Shown: positions 29,936 to 39,715 of the stretch, piece by piece
Numbering within the stretch: position 1 is the stretch's first letter
Layout: each line of letters starts with the position of its first letter
DNA from: Colwellia polaris
GTDB taxonomy: Archaea > Nanohalarchaeota > Nanosalinia > Nanosalinales > Nanosalinaceae
Length of the DNA stretch: 64,000 nucleotides
Assembly (NCBI GenBank): GCA_047617785.1
Contig: JBLGBK010000002.1
Location: 58,605 to 122,604, forward strand
Direction of reading: 5' to 3'
Translations under genes and position numbers: made by a program
Notes under the pieces: model-generated
What the model saw: only the letters and a program-made list of their open reading frames with translations
Databases searched by the model: none
What the model was told of the DNA's origin: nothing

Positions 29936-30448
29936 ATGAAAGCGTTCAAACAGACACGAGCAGAAATGTCAGAGTTCGCAGACTTCATAGAATCAGATAT
30001 AGAAAACGTCCAGCGCGTTCTTGAAGCAGTTGAAGAAGCAGACATCGAAGTCGAATTCATGGTTCATGCCAAATCAGAGACTGTGAAAGAATCAGCCGAG
30101 AACACAGACGTTAACGAAGCAGAAATAGTGAAAACACTGATCTTCATAGCAGATAAACCTGTCGCAGTTCTCTGTTCCGGCGACAAAAGAGTATCAGAAG
30201 ACAAACTAGAGAAGATTACCGATTCAGAAGTACGGATGGCAAAACCAGACGAAGTGAAGGATAAGACAGGATACATAATTGGCGGAGTATCACCTTTCGA
30301 CCTCGACATCAAGACCTTCATAGAAGAAGATCTTATGGATAGAGAAGAGGTAAAACCTGCTGCAGGATCACGCGTAGTCGGCGTCACACTTGACCCGGAA
30401 GATCTGAAAGAGGTTGCGGGTGCAGAAACTGCAGATGTGGCGGAATAG
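29936..30448 (+). CDS. YbaK/EbsC aminoacyl-tRNA deacylase
   Basis: IVKTLIF, TGYIIGGVSPF, AAGS. Confidence 0.88.
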   Translation: MKAFKQTRAEMSEFADFIESDIENVQRVLEAVEEADIEVEFMVHAKSETVKESAENTDVNEAEIVKTLIFIADKPVAVLCSGDKRVSEDKLEKITDSEVRMAKPDEVKDKTGYIIGGVSPFDLDIKTFIEEDLMDREEVKPAAGSRVVGVTLDPEDLKEVAGAETADVAE

Positions 30449-30508
30449 ATAAACCTCAGCGGCGATTTTTCACAACAATTTTAACACTTCAGACCGGTAT
30501 TCTAAGAC

Positions 30509-31534
30509 ATGGACATCGAAGAACGCAAGCAGCTTGTTCTACGTAATACAGAGGAAATTATACAGGAAGAAGAACTGGAAGACATACTTGAAGAAAAAGA
30601 CGAGCCACGAACTTACGTCGGCTATGAAACATCTGGTCCAGCACATCTAGGGCACTGGATATCATTCCGAAAACTTATGGACGCACAGAAAGCCGGCTTC
30701 CAGCCAGTAGTACTCTGGGCAGACCTTCACACCTTCCTAAACAAGAAAGGAGAAGAGAGCTGGATCCAGGACATGACAGATTACTGGCAGGCAACATTCG
30801 AAGCACTAGGTCTAGACGCGGAATACGTACATGGCCGAGACTTCCAGGAGAAAACAGAATACTTCCACGACGTTCTCCAGATGTCCTCAGAAACAACAAT
30901 TCCGCGTGGAGAAAGATCAATGGGAGAAGTAGCATCTGATCAGGAAAGCCCATACATCTCACAGGTCGTATACCCACTAATGCAAGCGCTTGATATCGTA
31001 TACCTTGATCTGGACATGGCTATCGGAGGAATCGACCAAAGAAAAATCCACATGCTTGCACGAGAACAACTACCTAAGCTAGGGTATGAGAAGCCAACAT
31101 GCTTACATTACCCAATGCTTCCCTCCCTAAGTGGTAGCGGCGACAAGATGAGTTCCAGCAAGAAGAACACAATGTTCCCTCTGCACGCCGACCCAAGCAG
31201 AATTAGAGAAACAGTTAAAGACGCATACTGTCCACAGGGCGAGACAGAGGACAACCCTGTGACAGAGATCGCACGATTCTTCATCTTTGGAGCAGACCGA
31301 AAACTGGAGATCGAACGACCTGAGAAGTACGGAGGCGATGTAAGCTACGAAACAATCGAAGAACTCGAAGAAGACTTCAAATCCGAAGAACTACATCCGC
31401 AAGACCTGAAGAACGCAGTAGCAGAAGAACTGGTGGAAAGACTTGAACCAGTAAGAGAGAAGTTCAATGAAGAACCAGAACTACTGGAACCACTGCGAGA
31501 AATCGGACACGAAGATCCAGACTACCTGCAGTAA
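30509..31534 (+). CDS. tyrS: tyrosyl-tRNA synthetase (archaeal)
   Basis: YVGYETSGPAHLGH, YPLMQALD, GGIDQRKIH, KMSSS. Confidence 0.96.
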   Translation: MDIEERKQLVLRNTEEIIQEEELEDILEEKDEPRTYVGYETSGPAHLGHWISFRKLMDAQKAGFQPVVLWADLHTFLNKKGEESWIQDMTDYWQATFEALGLDAEYVHGRDFQEKTEYFHDVLQMSSETTIPRGERSMGEVASDQESPYISQVVYPLMQALDIVYLDLDMAIGGIDQRKIHMLAREQLPKLGYEKPTCLHYPMLPSLSGSGDKMSSSKKNTMFPLHADPSRIRETVKDAYCPQGETEDNPVTEIARFFIFGADRKLEIERPEKYGGDVSYETIEELEEDFKSEELHPQDLKNAVAEELVERLEPVREKFNEEPELLEPLREIGHEDPDYLQ

Positions 31535-31569
31535 CAGATTTACCTAACATCCCTCTCTTCTTTTTCCAT

Positions 31570-31953
31570 ATGAAGTTTGAAATTTACGATACATAAATAG
31601 GCTTAGACGACTTTTTGATACTAGAGAGAGCCGATGATATCCAAATACAGCTTGAAGAATAATTTTTCAGGAGAGCGAAAACAATTCAACCGTGATATAG
31701 GTTTTTCAGACGGATTCCGCGACGAAGTTATCAGGAGATAGCTCAGATACCATGCGACAAGACCAAGACTTACGGAGAACTCGCAGAAAAACTAGATTCT
31801 GCATCGGTTGCTGTTGGACAGCCCTGCGGCCAGAATCCGCTACCTGTTATTGTCCCTTGTCATCGTATTGTTGGAAAAGATTCTATAGGCGGTTACATCT
31901 ATGGCGAAAACATGAAGAGAAAGCTGCTAGAGTTGGAGTCGGCAGATTTTTAA
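31570..31953 (+). pseudogene. ogt: O6-methylguanine-DNA methyltransferase pseudogene
   Basis: 3' frame reads TYGELAE..SVAVGQPCGQNPLPVIVPCHRIV (PCHR at 31855-31866). The 5' part has in-frame TAA stops and two apparent frameshifts. Confidence 0.85.
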
Positions 31954-32094
31954 AAATCTCTGTGTTAAACTTTGTCACCAATGAAAGGTGGACGTTTTTC
32001 TCACCGACCCCGTTTTGCAACTTACCAGGCTTGATGAGAGCCTTTTCTATCCAAAACCTGTTCTAAATAAACGTTTCTTCCACAGTGATGTCTT

Positions 32095-33363
32095 ATGCTA
32101 GATATAGAGCTATTCCGAGAGAATCCTGAAAAGATCAAGAAGAGTGAAGAACGCCGTGAAAAAGATTCTGAGAAAGTAGACAAAGTAGTTGAACTCGACA
32201 GAGAGTGGCGCGAAAGGCTTCAGAAACTGGAAGATTTAAGGGCTAAAAGTAACCGCGTAGGCGATGAAATCGCTGAAGCCAAGCAGAATGGTGAAGACGC
32301 AGAAGAAAAGATTCAAGAGATGCAGAAAGTCAAGGAAAAGATCTCAGAACTGGAAGACAAAGTCGAAGACCTAAAAGAGGGAAGAGATGACCTCAGGTTC
32401 GAGATCGGCAACATTCTACATGAAAGCGTTCCTCAAGGAGAAGATGAGGAAGACAACAAGGAGATCAAGACCTGGGAACCCGAAGACGGCAAAGCAGACG
32501 ATAATCGTCTTGCAGCAGACATAATTCAAGAAAACAATCTGATTCACAGCGAGAAAGCAGCTGAAATCTCAGGAGAACGCGCATACTATCTGAAAGGAGA
32601 TCTCTTCAGACTGAACCAAGCACTAATCCAGTTCTCGATGGATATTCTAGAAGATAAAGGATTTACGCCTATGCAGACCCCTTACATGTTGAATCATGAA
32701 GCTATGAGTTCAGCAGCAGAGCTTGAGGACTTTGAGGAGCAACTTTACAAGATTGAAGATGAAGACAAGTATCTGATCGCTACCTCTGAACAGACACTGG
32801 CTACTCTGCATAAAGACGATATAATGCTTCCGGAAGAGTTCCCTAAGAAGTACGCAGGATTTTCAACCAACTTCAGACAGGAAGCAGGCAAGCACGGTCA
32901 GCAGACAAGAGGTATCTGGAGAGTGCACCAGTTCGAGAAGGTAGAGCAGTATATCTTCGCGAAGCCAGAGAACAGCTGGTCTTATCATGAAGAATTGCTT
33001 GAAAACTCAGAAGAAGTAATGCAGAAACTGAATCTCCCTTACCGCGTAGTTAACGTGTGTACCGGCGATATGAACGACAACGCAGCCAAAAAGTACGATG
33101 TTGAAGTATGGAGACCTCCACTAGGAGAGTACGGTGAAGTTGTCTCATGTAGTAACTGCACAGATTTCCAGGCACGGAAAGTGAATGTCAGAATCAGAAA
33201 TGGGGACGGTAACCAGATAGCACACACATTAAACGCTACTGCATGCGCAACTTCACGAATCATGACTGCGATTATCGAGAACAATCAGACTGAAAACGGG
33301 GTCAAAGTTCCTGAAGAACTCCAAAACTACATGGGCGGGAAGAAATACCTAGACCTTACTTAG
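32095..33363 (+). CDS. serS: seryl-tRNA synthetase
   Basis: MLDIELFRENP, LIATSEQ, FRQEAG, RVHQFEKVE, SCSNCTDFQAR. Confidence 0.96.
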   Translation: MLDIELFRENPEKIKKSEERREKDSEKVDKVVELDREWRERLQKLEDLRAKSNRVGDEIAEAKQNGEDAEEKIQEMQKVKEKISELEDKVEDLKEGRDDLRFEIGNILHESVPQGEDEEDNKEIKTWEPEDGKADDNRLAADIIQENNLIHSEKAAEISGERAYYLKGDLFRLNQALIQFSMDILEDKGFTPMQTPYMLNHEAMSSAAELEDFEEQLYKIEDEDKYLIATSEQTLATLHKDDIMLPEEFPKKYAGFSTNFRQEAGKHGQQTRGIWRVHQFEKVEQYIFAKPENSWSYHEELLENSEEVMQKLNLPYRVVNVCTGDMNDNAAKKYDVEVWRPPLGEYGEVVSCSNCTDFQARKVNVRIRNGDGNQIAHTLNATACATSRIMTAIIENNQTENGVKVPEELQNYMGGKKYLDLT

Positions 33364-33410
33364 TTGTCACTAGGCAGTAACTATTTATCTTTTATTCTTT
33401 CAACAGATTA

Positions 33411-34187
33411 ATGATGGCTTTCGATTTAGATGGCAACAGCGAAGAAGTAGCCGAGACAAGAGAACTTTTTGCAGGTAGGACTCCAGAATATACAGAGCTT
33501 TTAGGAGCAGCTGAATACATACAGGAAGAATACTTTGATAATGAAAACGTAGCTAGTATAGGCAATATTACTCTCTATCCGGGGGGTCACAGTACAGAAG
33601 CACGACGACCTCTTTCGGCATCAGTCGATCTCGTATTCCGAGGAGATCCCCCTGAAGACCTCGGCGAAGAATATCCTTCCTGGTCTTTTGCAGAAAGTTA
33701 TTTTGTCGACTATACTCATGTCGGAAGCCGCACCTCAAAAGAAGACCAACATATCGAGGTAGCGATGGTAGATATTGATAACTTTCCTCTATTTGACTTC
33801 GATTCCGAAGCTCTAGAAGAAGCCGAAACTCACCACTTAACCTATCTAGACAGCGAAACCGGACATACATTCGATTACGACATAATTATGGCCAAACCTG
33901 AGCAGAGCGTAGCATCCAAGTTTAACCGATTGAATACCGTAGCAAATAACGGAGAAGGAATTGTCAAAGGCAGCGATAGCATAGATATGGCCAGTCATCT
34001 TCACTGGGGTCATACAACCAACGAAATGAGCTTAGAAAGACTCGCACAGGTTATCGAACAGAAAGTAGAGCCTCCTTACAAACCAGGCTTGGAATCAACA
34101 CGAGAAGCCAAATCAAACTTTGCGGAAAGTGAACGCAAAGATTTGGAAAAAGCTATAAGTTCATTAGAAGACAATTTAGAGGTCTAA
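33411..34187 (+). CDS. putative AbiEii/MenT-like nucleotidyltransferase-fold protein (degenerate)
   Basis: IGN..RRPLSASVDLVF and PEQSVASKFNR..KGSDSIDMA motifs. Confidence 0.55.
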   Translation: MMAFDLDGNSEEVAETRELFAGRTPEYTELLGAAEYIQEEYFDNENVASIGNITLYPGGHSTEARRPLSASVDLVFRGDPPEDLGEEYPSWSFAESYFVDYTHVGSRTSKEDQHIEVAMVDIDNFPLFDFDSEALEEAETHHLTYLDSETGHTFDYDIIMAKPEQSVASKFNRLNTVANNGEGIVKGSDSIDMASHLHWGHTTNEMSLERLAQVIEQKVEPPYKPGLESTREAKSNFAESERKDLEKAISSLEDNLEV

Positions 34188-34190
34188 ACA

Positions 34191-34943
34191 ATGGCATCAA
34201 TACCCACTATCGAACCCATGGACTATGAAGAATTCAGATCTCTCTACGAAGAAGATCAACGAATACCTATGAGCAGCGCTCTAGATAAAACCGCGAAGAT
34301 AGCAGAAGAACTTCCCCAGAGCGCTGTTTTCGGCAGTCTAACCTCTCACCCAGATATTTATGGAGTTAACAAGCTTCAGAGACCTACGGATCGTACAGTA
34401 GACTTAGTAACAACAGAAGAAGAAATAGCCGAAATTGCGGAAGAACACGATGTATGGACTCCTCAAGACAACTGTTACTTTTTTGATCACAACGGCTGGG
34501 CAGTAGGTTTAATGGCAGTAGAACAAGATGTTTTTGAATCCAATACCTATGATGAACCCGTAAGGATATCAAAGGGAGATCTTGAAAGCGCAAAAGATAT
34601 TGAAACAGAGGCTGGCACACTCTCAGTCTTGGAACCAAAGATTAACTACGGAATGAAAGCGCGCAGATATACTGAAAGCGTTTTAGAGAAAGATTATGTG
34701 AAGACTAACGACCTAGCCGATATGGCCAGCATGTCAATGAAACAAGCTCGAAAAGGAGATAACTATAACAGCTCCGAGCTAGCAGAAGCGTTAAATAAAT
34801 ACACAGAAGGTCGTATGCCTCTAGAAAAGTGGATTGAAGACACACAAATTAGAACGGATGCTCACCTGAATACTGACGAATGGGAATGTCTTGAAGAAGA
34901 GCTAAACGAGATCAAAGAGCAGTATAAGGCTATAGGAAATTAG
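34191..34943 (+). CDS. putative AbiEii/MenT-like nucleotidyltransferase-fold protein
   Basis: VFGS..QRPTDRTVDLV and PKINYGMKARR..KTNDLADMA motifs. Confidence 0.6.
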   Translation: MASIPTIEPMDYEEFRSLYEEDQRIPMSSALDKTAKIAEELPQSAVFGSLTSHPDIYGVNKLQRPTDRTVDLVTTEEEIAEIAEEHDVWTPQDNCYFFDHNGWAVGLMAVEQDVFESNTYDEPVRISKGDLESAKDIETEAGTLSVLEPKINYGMKARRYTESVLEKDYVKTNDLADMASMSMKQARKGDNYNSSELAEALNKYTEGRMPLEKWIEDTQIRTDAHLNTDEWECLEEELNEIKEQYKAIGN

Positions 34944-35207
34944 CTAAGAGATATAATCAAACACAGTTTTTGCATTGCCAGAGAGTTCGAACTCGTGAGC
35001 ATATTCATTGTCCTCATGCGACCAATCGGACCTCGCTTCATTTATCAGATCATCTACATCCTTCACCCTGTCGGGATTACGGCAACTGACCACTCTTGTG
35101 GTAGTCAACGATTCATAGATCTCTAAATCCCTATCTTCAACACCATCCCAGTAATCAAAGAAATTATCAACACTATCAGGGATAGAGTACAACTCTTCAG
35201 AGCTCAT
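34944..35207 (-). CDS. small acidic hypothetical protein
   Basis: 87 aa ORF abutting the NTase gene convergently. Confidence 0.55.
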   Translation of the reverse strand: MSSEELYSIPDSVDNFFDYWDGVEDRDLEIYESLTTTRVVSCRNPDRVKDVDDLINEARSDWSHEDNEYAHEFELSGNAKTVFDYIS

Positions 35208-35305
35208 AGACTCTTATTTCAGCAAAAATATTATATATTGTAATGAACGACAACATTCCCTACCGCTACTCACATTTTAAAGTTTACAGAAACTGAATAG
35301 AGACA

Positions 35306-37354
35306 ATGACTACCACAGTGATGATTGGCGAGAAACCTAATGTTGCCAGTAAGCTCGCCCAGGCGCTCGGAGATTACAGCATTAAAGAGAACCGAGGCGT
35401 CAAGAACTACATTGTTAATACAGATGACGGTAAAATAATCATAGCTCCAGCGGTAGGCCATATATTCAACCTTGAACAGACAGAAGAAGGATGGGACTAC
35501 CCCGTATTCGATGTAGAATGGCTTCCAATATTCGAAACAAGCGATGACGCAGATTACGTAAAGAAGTACTACAACAACCTCAAAGATCAGGTGGAGAAGG
35601 CAGATGAATATATCAACGCATGCGACTATGACCTTGAAGGATCAGTAATCGGAGCTAACGTCATCAAACAGATCGCTGACCCGGAAGAAGATCGCATCAA
35701 AAGGATGAAGTTCTCAACACTAACATCTGACGACCTAAGAGAAGCTTTCGACAATCTTGAAAGATTCGACAGCGGAATGACCTCGGCCGGGATCACACGC
35801 CATATACTAGACTTCTACTATGGTGTAAACGTTTCAAGAGCGCTGATGCAAGCAGTAAAAGCAAACGACCGATACAAGACTCTTTCAACAGGACGCGTAC
35901 AGGGACCTGCACTGAAGATACTGGCAGAAAAGGAGCGTAAGATACAGGCCTTCGAGCCGGATCCGTACTGGGAGATCTACCTCAACCATTCCGAGTTCCA
36001 GGCACAGTGGGAAGATGATGAGGACCGTATCTGGGAGGAAGAAAAGGCAGACGAAGTTTTCTATACAGTTAAGGGCGAAGACGAAGCTACCGTAACAAAC
36101 GTCAAAGAGAATAATTACAAGCACAATCCGCCGACACCTTTCAACCTGACAGGCTTACAGAAAGAGGCGTCAAGCCAGTTCAACATCAATCCAAAGAAAA
36201 CTCAGCAACTGGCGCAGAACCTGTACGAGAACTCTCTGATTTCTTACCCTCGTACAGAGTCTCAGAAACTGCCGAAAAAGCTTGGATACAAGAATATACT
36301 GAATCAGCTGAAGAAGAACGATAATTTCGACGATCAAGTAAAGAAAGTGCTAAAAAAGAATGATTTGACCGCAAGACAAGGTAAAAAGGAAGATGACGCC
36401 CACCCTGCAATCTATCCGACAGGAAAACATCCTTCAGGGCTTTCAAAGCAAGAAGGACAGATATACGACCTAATCGTAAAGCGTTTCCTCGCAGTATTTG
36501 GAGATGCAGCTCAGAGACAGACAGTCACATTCACACTAGATGTCCTAGGACATGAGTTCAAGGCGAAGTCGAAAATGACCCTGGAGCGCAACTGGTTTGA
36601 TCTCTACGATCCCTACGTACGTGTAAGCGAAGCAGAACTTCCAGAAATGCATGAAGGTCAAACTCTGAAAGTTGAAGAGTTTACTCAAGAAGAGAAAGAA
36701 ACCCGGCCGCCAAACCGTTACAAGCAATCGAGTATCGTTTCAGAGCTTGAGAAGCAGAATCTTGGTACGAAAGCAACTCGCGCACAGGTAGTTGACAGCC
36801 TATACAATAGAAAATACATCGACGGCGACTCCATAGAAGTCACCGACCTAGGAATGGCTGTAGTCGAAGCACTAGAAGACTCATGTCCAGATGTCCTCTC
36901 AGAAGAACTCACACGCAAGTTCGAGGAAAAGATGCAGGCAATCCGTAACGGCGACGAAACAAGTGATGAAGTAGTTGAAGAAGCACGCGAAGAACTTACT
37001 GAGATCTTGAATAATTTCAGAGAACGAGAAAAAGAGATTGGAGCCGAGCTGATCGAATCAATCGATGAGACGCGGAAGAAACAGCGTATGCTTGGACCTT
37101 GCCAAGTATGTGAGGAAGAAGGTCGTGAAGAAGGTATGCTGCGTATGATCAAGTCGAATGGAAGTCGTTTCGTCGGATGTACAAACTACCCGGACTGTGA
37201 GAACACTTTCCCACTTCCAAACAACGGAAAGATTGAATCATTGGATGAGACCTGCGATACCTGTGGTACTCCCCGTATCAAGGTTATCAGGAAGAATAAG
37301 AACCCTTACCAAATGTGTATCAATCCAGATTGTGCGACAAAAGACGACTGGTAA
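35306..37354 (+). CDS. topA: DNA topoisomerase IA
   Basis: IGEKP, ACDYDLEG, STGRVQ, SYPRTES catalytic Tyr, C-terminal Zn ribbons. Confidence 0.96.
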   Translation: MTTTVMIGEKPNVASKLAQALGDYSIKENRGVKNYIVNTDDGKIIIAPAVGHIFNLEQTEEGWDYPVFDVEWLPIFETSDDADYVKKYYNNLKDQVEKADEYINACDYDLEGSVIGANVIKQIADPEEDRIKRMKFSTLTSDDLREAFDNLERFDSGMTSAGITRHILDFYYGVNVSRALMQAVKANDRYKTLSTGRVQGPALKILAEKERKIQAFEPDPYWEIYLNHSEFQAQWEDDEDRIWEEEKADEVFYTVKGEDEATVTNVKENNYKHNPPTPFNLTGLQKEASSQFNINPKKTQQLAQNLYENSLISYPRTESQKLPKKLGYKNILNQLKKNDNFDDQVKKVLKKNDLTARQGKKEDDAHPAIYPTGKHPSGLSKQEGQIYDLIVKRFLAVFGDAAQRQTVTFTLDVLGHEFKAKSKMTLERNWFDLYDPYVRVSEAELPEMHEGQTLKVEEFTQEEKETRPPNRYKQSSIVSELEKQNLGTKATRAQVVDSLYNRKYIDGDSIEVTDLGMAVVEALEDSCPDVLSEELTRKFEEKMQAIRNGDETSDEVVEEAREELTEILNNFREREKEIGAELIESIDETRKKQRMLGPCQVCEEEGREEGMLRMIKSNGSRFVGCTNYPDCENTFPLPNNGKIESLDETCDTCGTPRIKVIRKNKNPYQMCINPDCATKDDW

Positions 37355-37356
37355 AT

Positions 37357-37653
37357 TTACTCTCTCCTCTCTATTTCTCTATCTAGTTTTTCAGCTTCTA
37401 GATCGATAGCTGTTGCTATGAGAACGTCTGCGAACTCTTTTCCTCTTTCAGGAGGCATGCCCTTTTCCTCAAACTGATCCGCGAAGTCCTGCCTAACTTC
37501 TTCCTCTCTTTCCTCATCTACTATCTGCATATCGTTTTCATGTTTGTGTTCCGCGACTTCTAGGACATAATCCATGCGTTCGTCGATTAATTCGATTATT
37601 TCCTTGTTACAGTTATCGATACCGTTTCTGATGCGTTCAAGGTCAAGAGACAT
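37357..37653 (-). CDS. chorismate mutase (AroQ type)
   Basis: LERIRNGIDNCNKEIIELIDERM..VAEHK..DEERE. Confidence 0.85.
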   Translation of the reverse strand: MSLDLERIRNGIDNCNKEIIELIDERMDYVLEVAEHKHENDMQIVDEEREEEVRQDFADQFEEKGMPPERGKEFADVLIATAIDLEAEKLDREIERRE

Positions 37654-37698
37654 GAAGAAAAATAATAGAAGTAAACGAGTTTAAAACCTGCCGGAAAG

Positions 37699-38553
37699 TT
37701 AACGGACTTCATTTGAGAGAAACTCTATAACTAGATCAGTTCTCTTCTGTGCACCTTCAAGATCAAACTCCTCACCTAGCTCATCGAACTTTTCAGCGAA
37801 CGCTTCCTCATCGCCGACGACCTCTCTAATATCCTCTGCCGATTCGATAAAATTCTCACGTACGACATCATTCTCCGGATTCTTAGCCTGTATGCTACCA
37901 TATAAACCTGGTTTCTGGTTCAATGTACGTGCGGTTAGATCTGTTATCAACTGGTACACCGGACTAGAGAACTCTTCCATATCATCGCCTGAAAGCTCCG
38001 ATTTCCTTATAACATCGGCAACTACCAGCTCCGAGAAATGCATTAATCCCTGCACCAAGCTCATCGCTTTGTCATGAGTTTGCGGTTCTGTAAAGTGAAG
38101 ATCAGCACCGTGCTGCTCCCAGAACTCCTCCATTACAGTCCATCTCTTGCCCTCTTCAGGACACATAACAACTTTCTGGCCTTTGATAGAATTGCTCGGC
38201 GCGTACATCGGATGCATTCCAAGCACCTCGTCCGAATACTGTTTCATTGCCTCCACAGGCATCTGCTTCACACTTGTAATATCTGCGAAAAGCGCGTCTT
38301 CAGATACGTGGGGGCCTACTTCATGTATAACATCTTCAGTAACAGCAATAGGGACTGCAACTATAACGACATCAGCACCTTCTACAATCTCTACACTTTC
38401 TCCATGGCTCCAGCCGCGTTCTTCGGCTACTTCTTTAGCTTGAGAACGGTTTTTGCCAGATATAAAGAGTTTATTGTCATCTTCCATTCGTTCACCGAGA
38501 TGCTGGCCGAACTGACCTGTTCCTCCAACAATGGCTATTTTCTGATCAATCAT
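37699..38553 (-). CDS. tyrA: prephenate dehydrogenase
   Basis: IVGGTGQFG, DITSVK, HPMYAP, HDKAMSLVQGLMH. Confidence 0.9.
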   Translation of the reverse strand: MIDQKIAIVGGTGQFGQHLGERMEDDNKLFISGKNRSQAKEVAEERGWSHGESVEIVEGADVVIVAVPIAVTEDVIHEVGPHVSEDALFADITSVKQMPVEAMKQYSDEVLGMHPMYAPSNSIKGQKVVMCPEEGKRWTVMEEFWEQHGADLHFTEPQTHDKAMSLVQGLMHFSELVVADVIRKSELSGDDMEEFSSPVYQLITDLTARTLNQKPGLYGSIQAKNPENDVVRENFIESAEDIREVVGDEEAFAEKFDELGEEFDLEGAQKRTDLVIEFLSNEVR

Positions 38554-39653
38554 CAGTTGAACTCTTCCTCCAGAATATCAAACGCTTTATCTATCTCTTC
38601 TTTTGTTGTTGAACCAAAGCAGACACGGACGTTCTTGTCGCTCTCTGGCCCCATTGGTTCACCAGGAACCATTGCGACCCCTTCATCTATCATTCGCATG
38701 CAGAAGTCCCAAGAGTCTTCTCCTACTTCAGGAAATGCATAGATAGCGCCTTCAGGTGCTACAAATTCCCAGCCAAGCTGCTCCATTCTTTCGACAAGAA
38801 GATCTCTTCGTTCCTCATAACTTTCTCTCATTTTTTCTACGTGTGCGTCGTTTTCGATAGCTGCGATTGCTGCATACTGCGAGATACGTGGCGGACAGGC
38901 TGTAGACGCTCTTGATACTTTTGCATACTGTTCTATATTTTCAGGATCGTCGACAACCCATCCTACCCTCCAGCCAGTCATTGCATGATTTTTGGAGGCT
39001 GAACCGATAATCGCACTATTATCGTTGTATATGGCTGGCGAATAGTGTTCTTTTCCGTAAATCAGTCTATGATATACCTCATCTGAGACAAGGAATGTAT
39101 CGTGTTCTTCCGCTACTTCTGCAATCTCTTTGGCCTGTTCCTCAGTAAGAACATATCCTGTCGGGTTTCCTGGAGTGTTAACTACTACAAGATCTGCTTT
39201 TGCAATTTCTTCCCTTGCCTTATCTCTGAGCTCTCTTTCTTCATCCCAGTACTGTACTTGAGTCCACTGGTTGTCGTTCACTTCGCTTATCATTTTGTAA
39301 GGTCCCCAGCAGGGATCGTTGAATACTGCTTTATCCTCTGAACCTAGTTGTGCTGAAAAGACTGCAAATAGGGCGCCCATCCCTCCGGTTGTAACCATGA
39401 TTTCGTCTTTTTCAATTTCAACTCCTTTTTTGATATTCTCTTCGCTCGCTATATTTTCTCTGAGCTCCTCCAGACCGAGCATTGGGCTGTAACCTTGTTT
39501 CTCTTTCATCCGGTCTTTAGTTGCCTGTTTGATATGCTGCGGTGTGTCAAAGCTTGGCTGGCCGATGTCGAATCGGACTATTTCCTCTTGCTTTGCGGCT
39601 TTTTCTGAAATTTTGCGTATGGATAGATTGATGTTTTCTATTTGTTCTCTCAC
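38553..39653 (-). CDS. class I PLP aminotransferase (aspartate/aromatic)
   Basis: IGQPSF, NTPGNPTG, SDEVY, SASKNHAMTGWRVG. Confidence 0.92.
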   Translation of the reverse strand: MREQIENINLSIRKISEKAAKQEEIVRFDIGQPSFDTPQHIKQATKDRMKEKQGYSPMLGLEELRENIASEENIKKGVEIEKDEIMVTTGGMGALFAVFSAQLGSEDKAVFNDPCWGPYKMISEVNDNQWTQVQYWDEERELRDKAREEIAKADLVVVNTPGNPTGYVLTEEQAKEIAEVAEEHDTFLVSDEVYHRLIYGKEHYSPAIYNDNSAIIGSASKNHAMTGWRVGWVVDDPENIEQYAKVSRASTACPPRISQYAAIAAIENDAHVEKMRESYEERRDLLVERMEQLGWEFVAPEGAIYAFPEVGEDSWDFCMRMIDEGVAMVPGEPMGPESDKNVRVCFGSTTKEEIDKAFDILEEEFN

Positions 39654-39715
39654 AGTTGGAGGACCTCTTCTACGTTTAAGGTTTTGTTAGTATGAGAAAT
39701 AAGGACTTTTCCCCT

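Noticed and set aside
31985-32050. Small hairpins with a TGATGA loop upstream of serS (C/D-box or K-loop candidate)
   Set aside because: No matching D box and only 5-6 bp stems; insufficient evidence.
31752-32066. 104-aa track ORF
   Set aside because: Out-of-frame overlay of the ogt pseudogene; Cys/Arg-rich and atypical.
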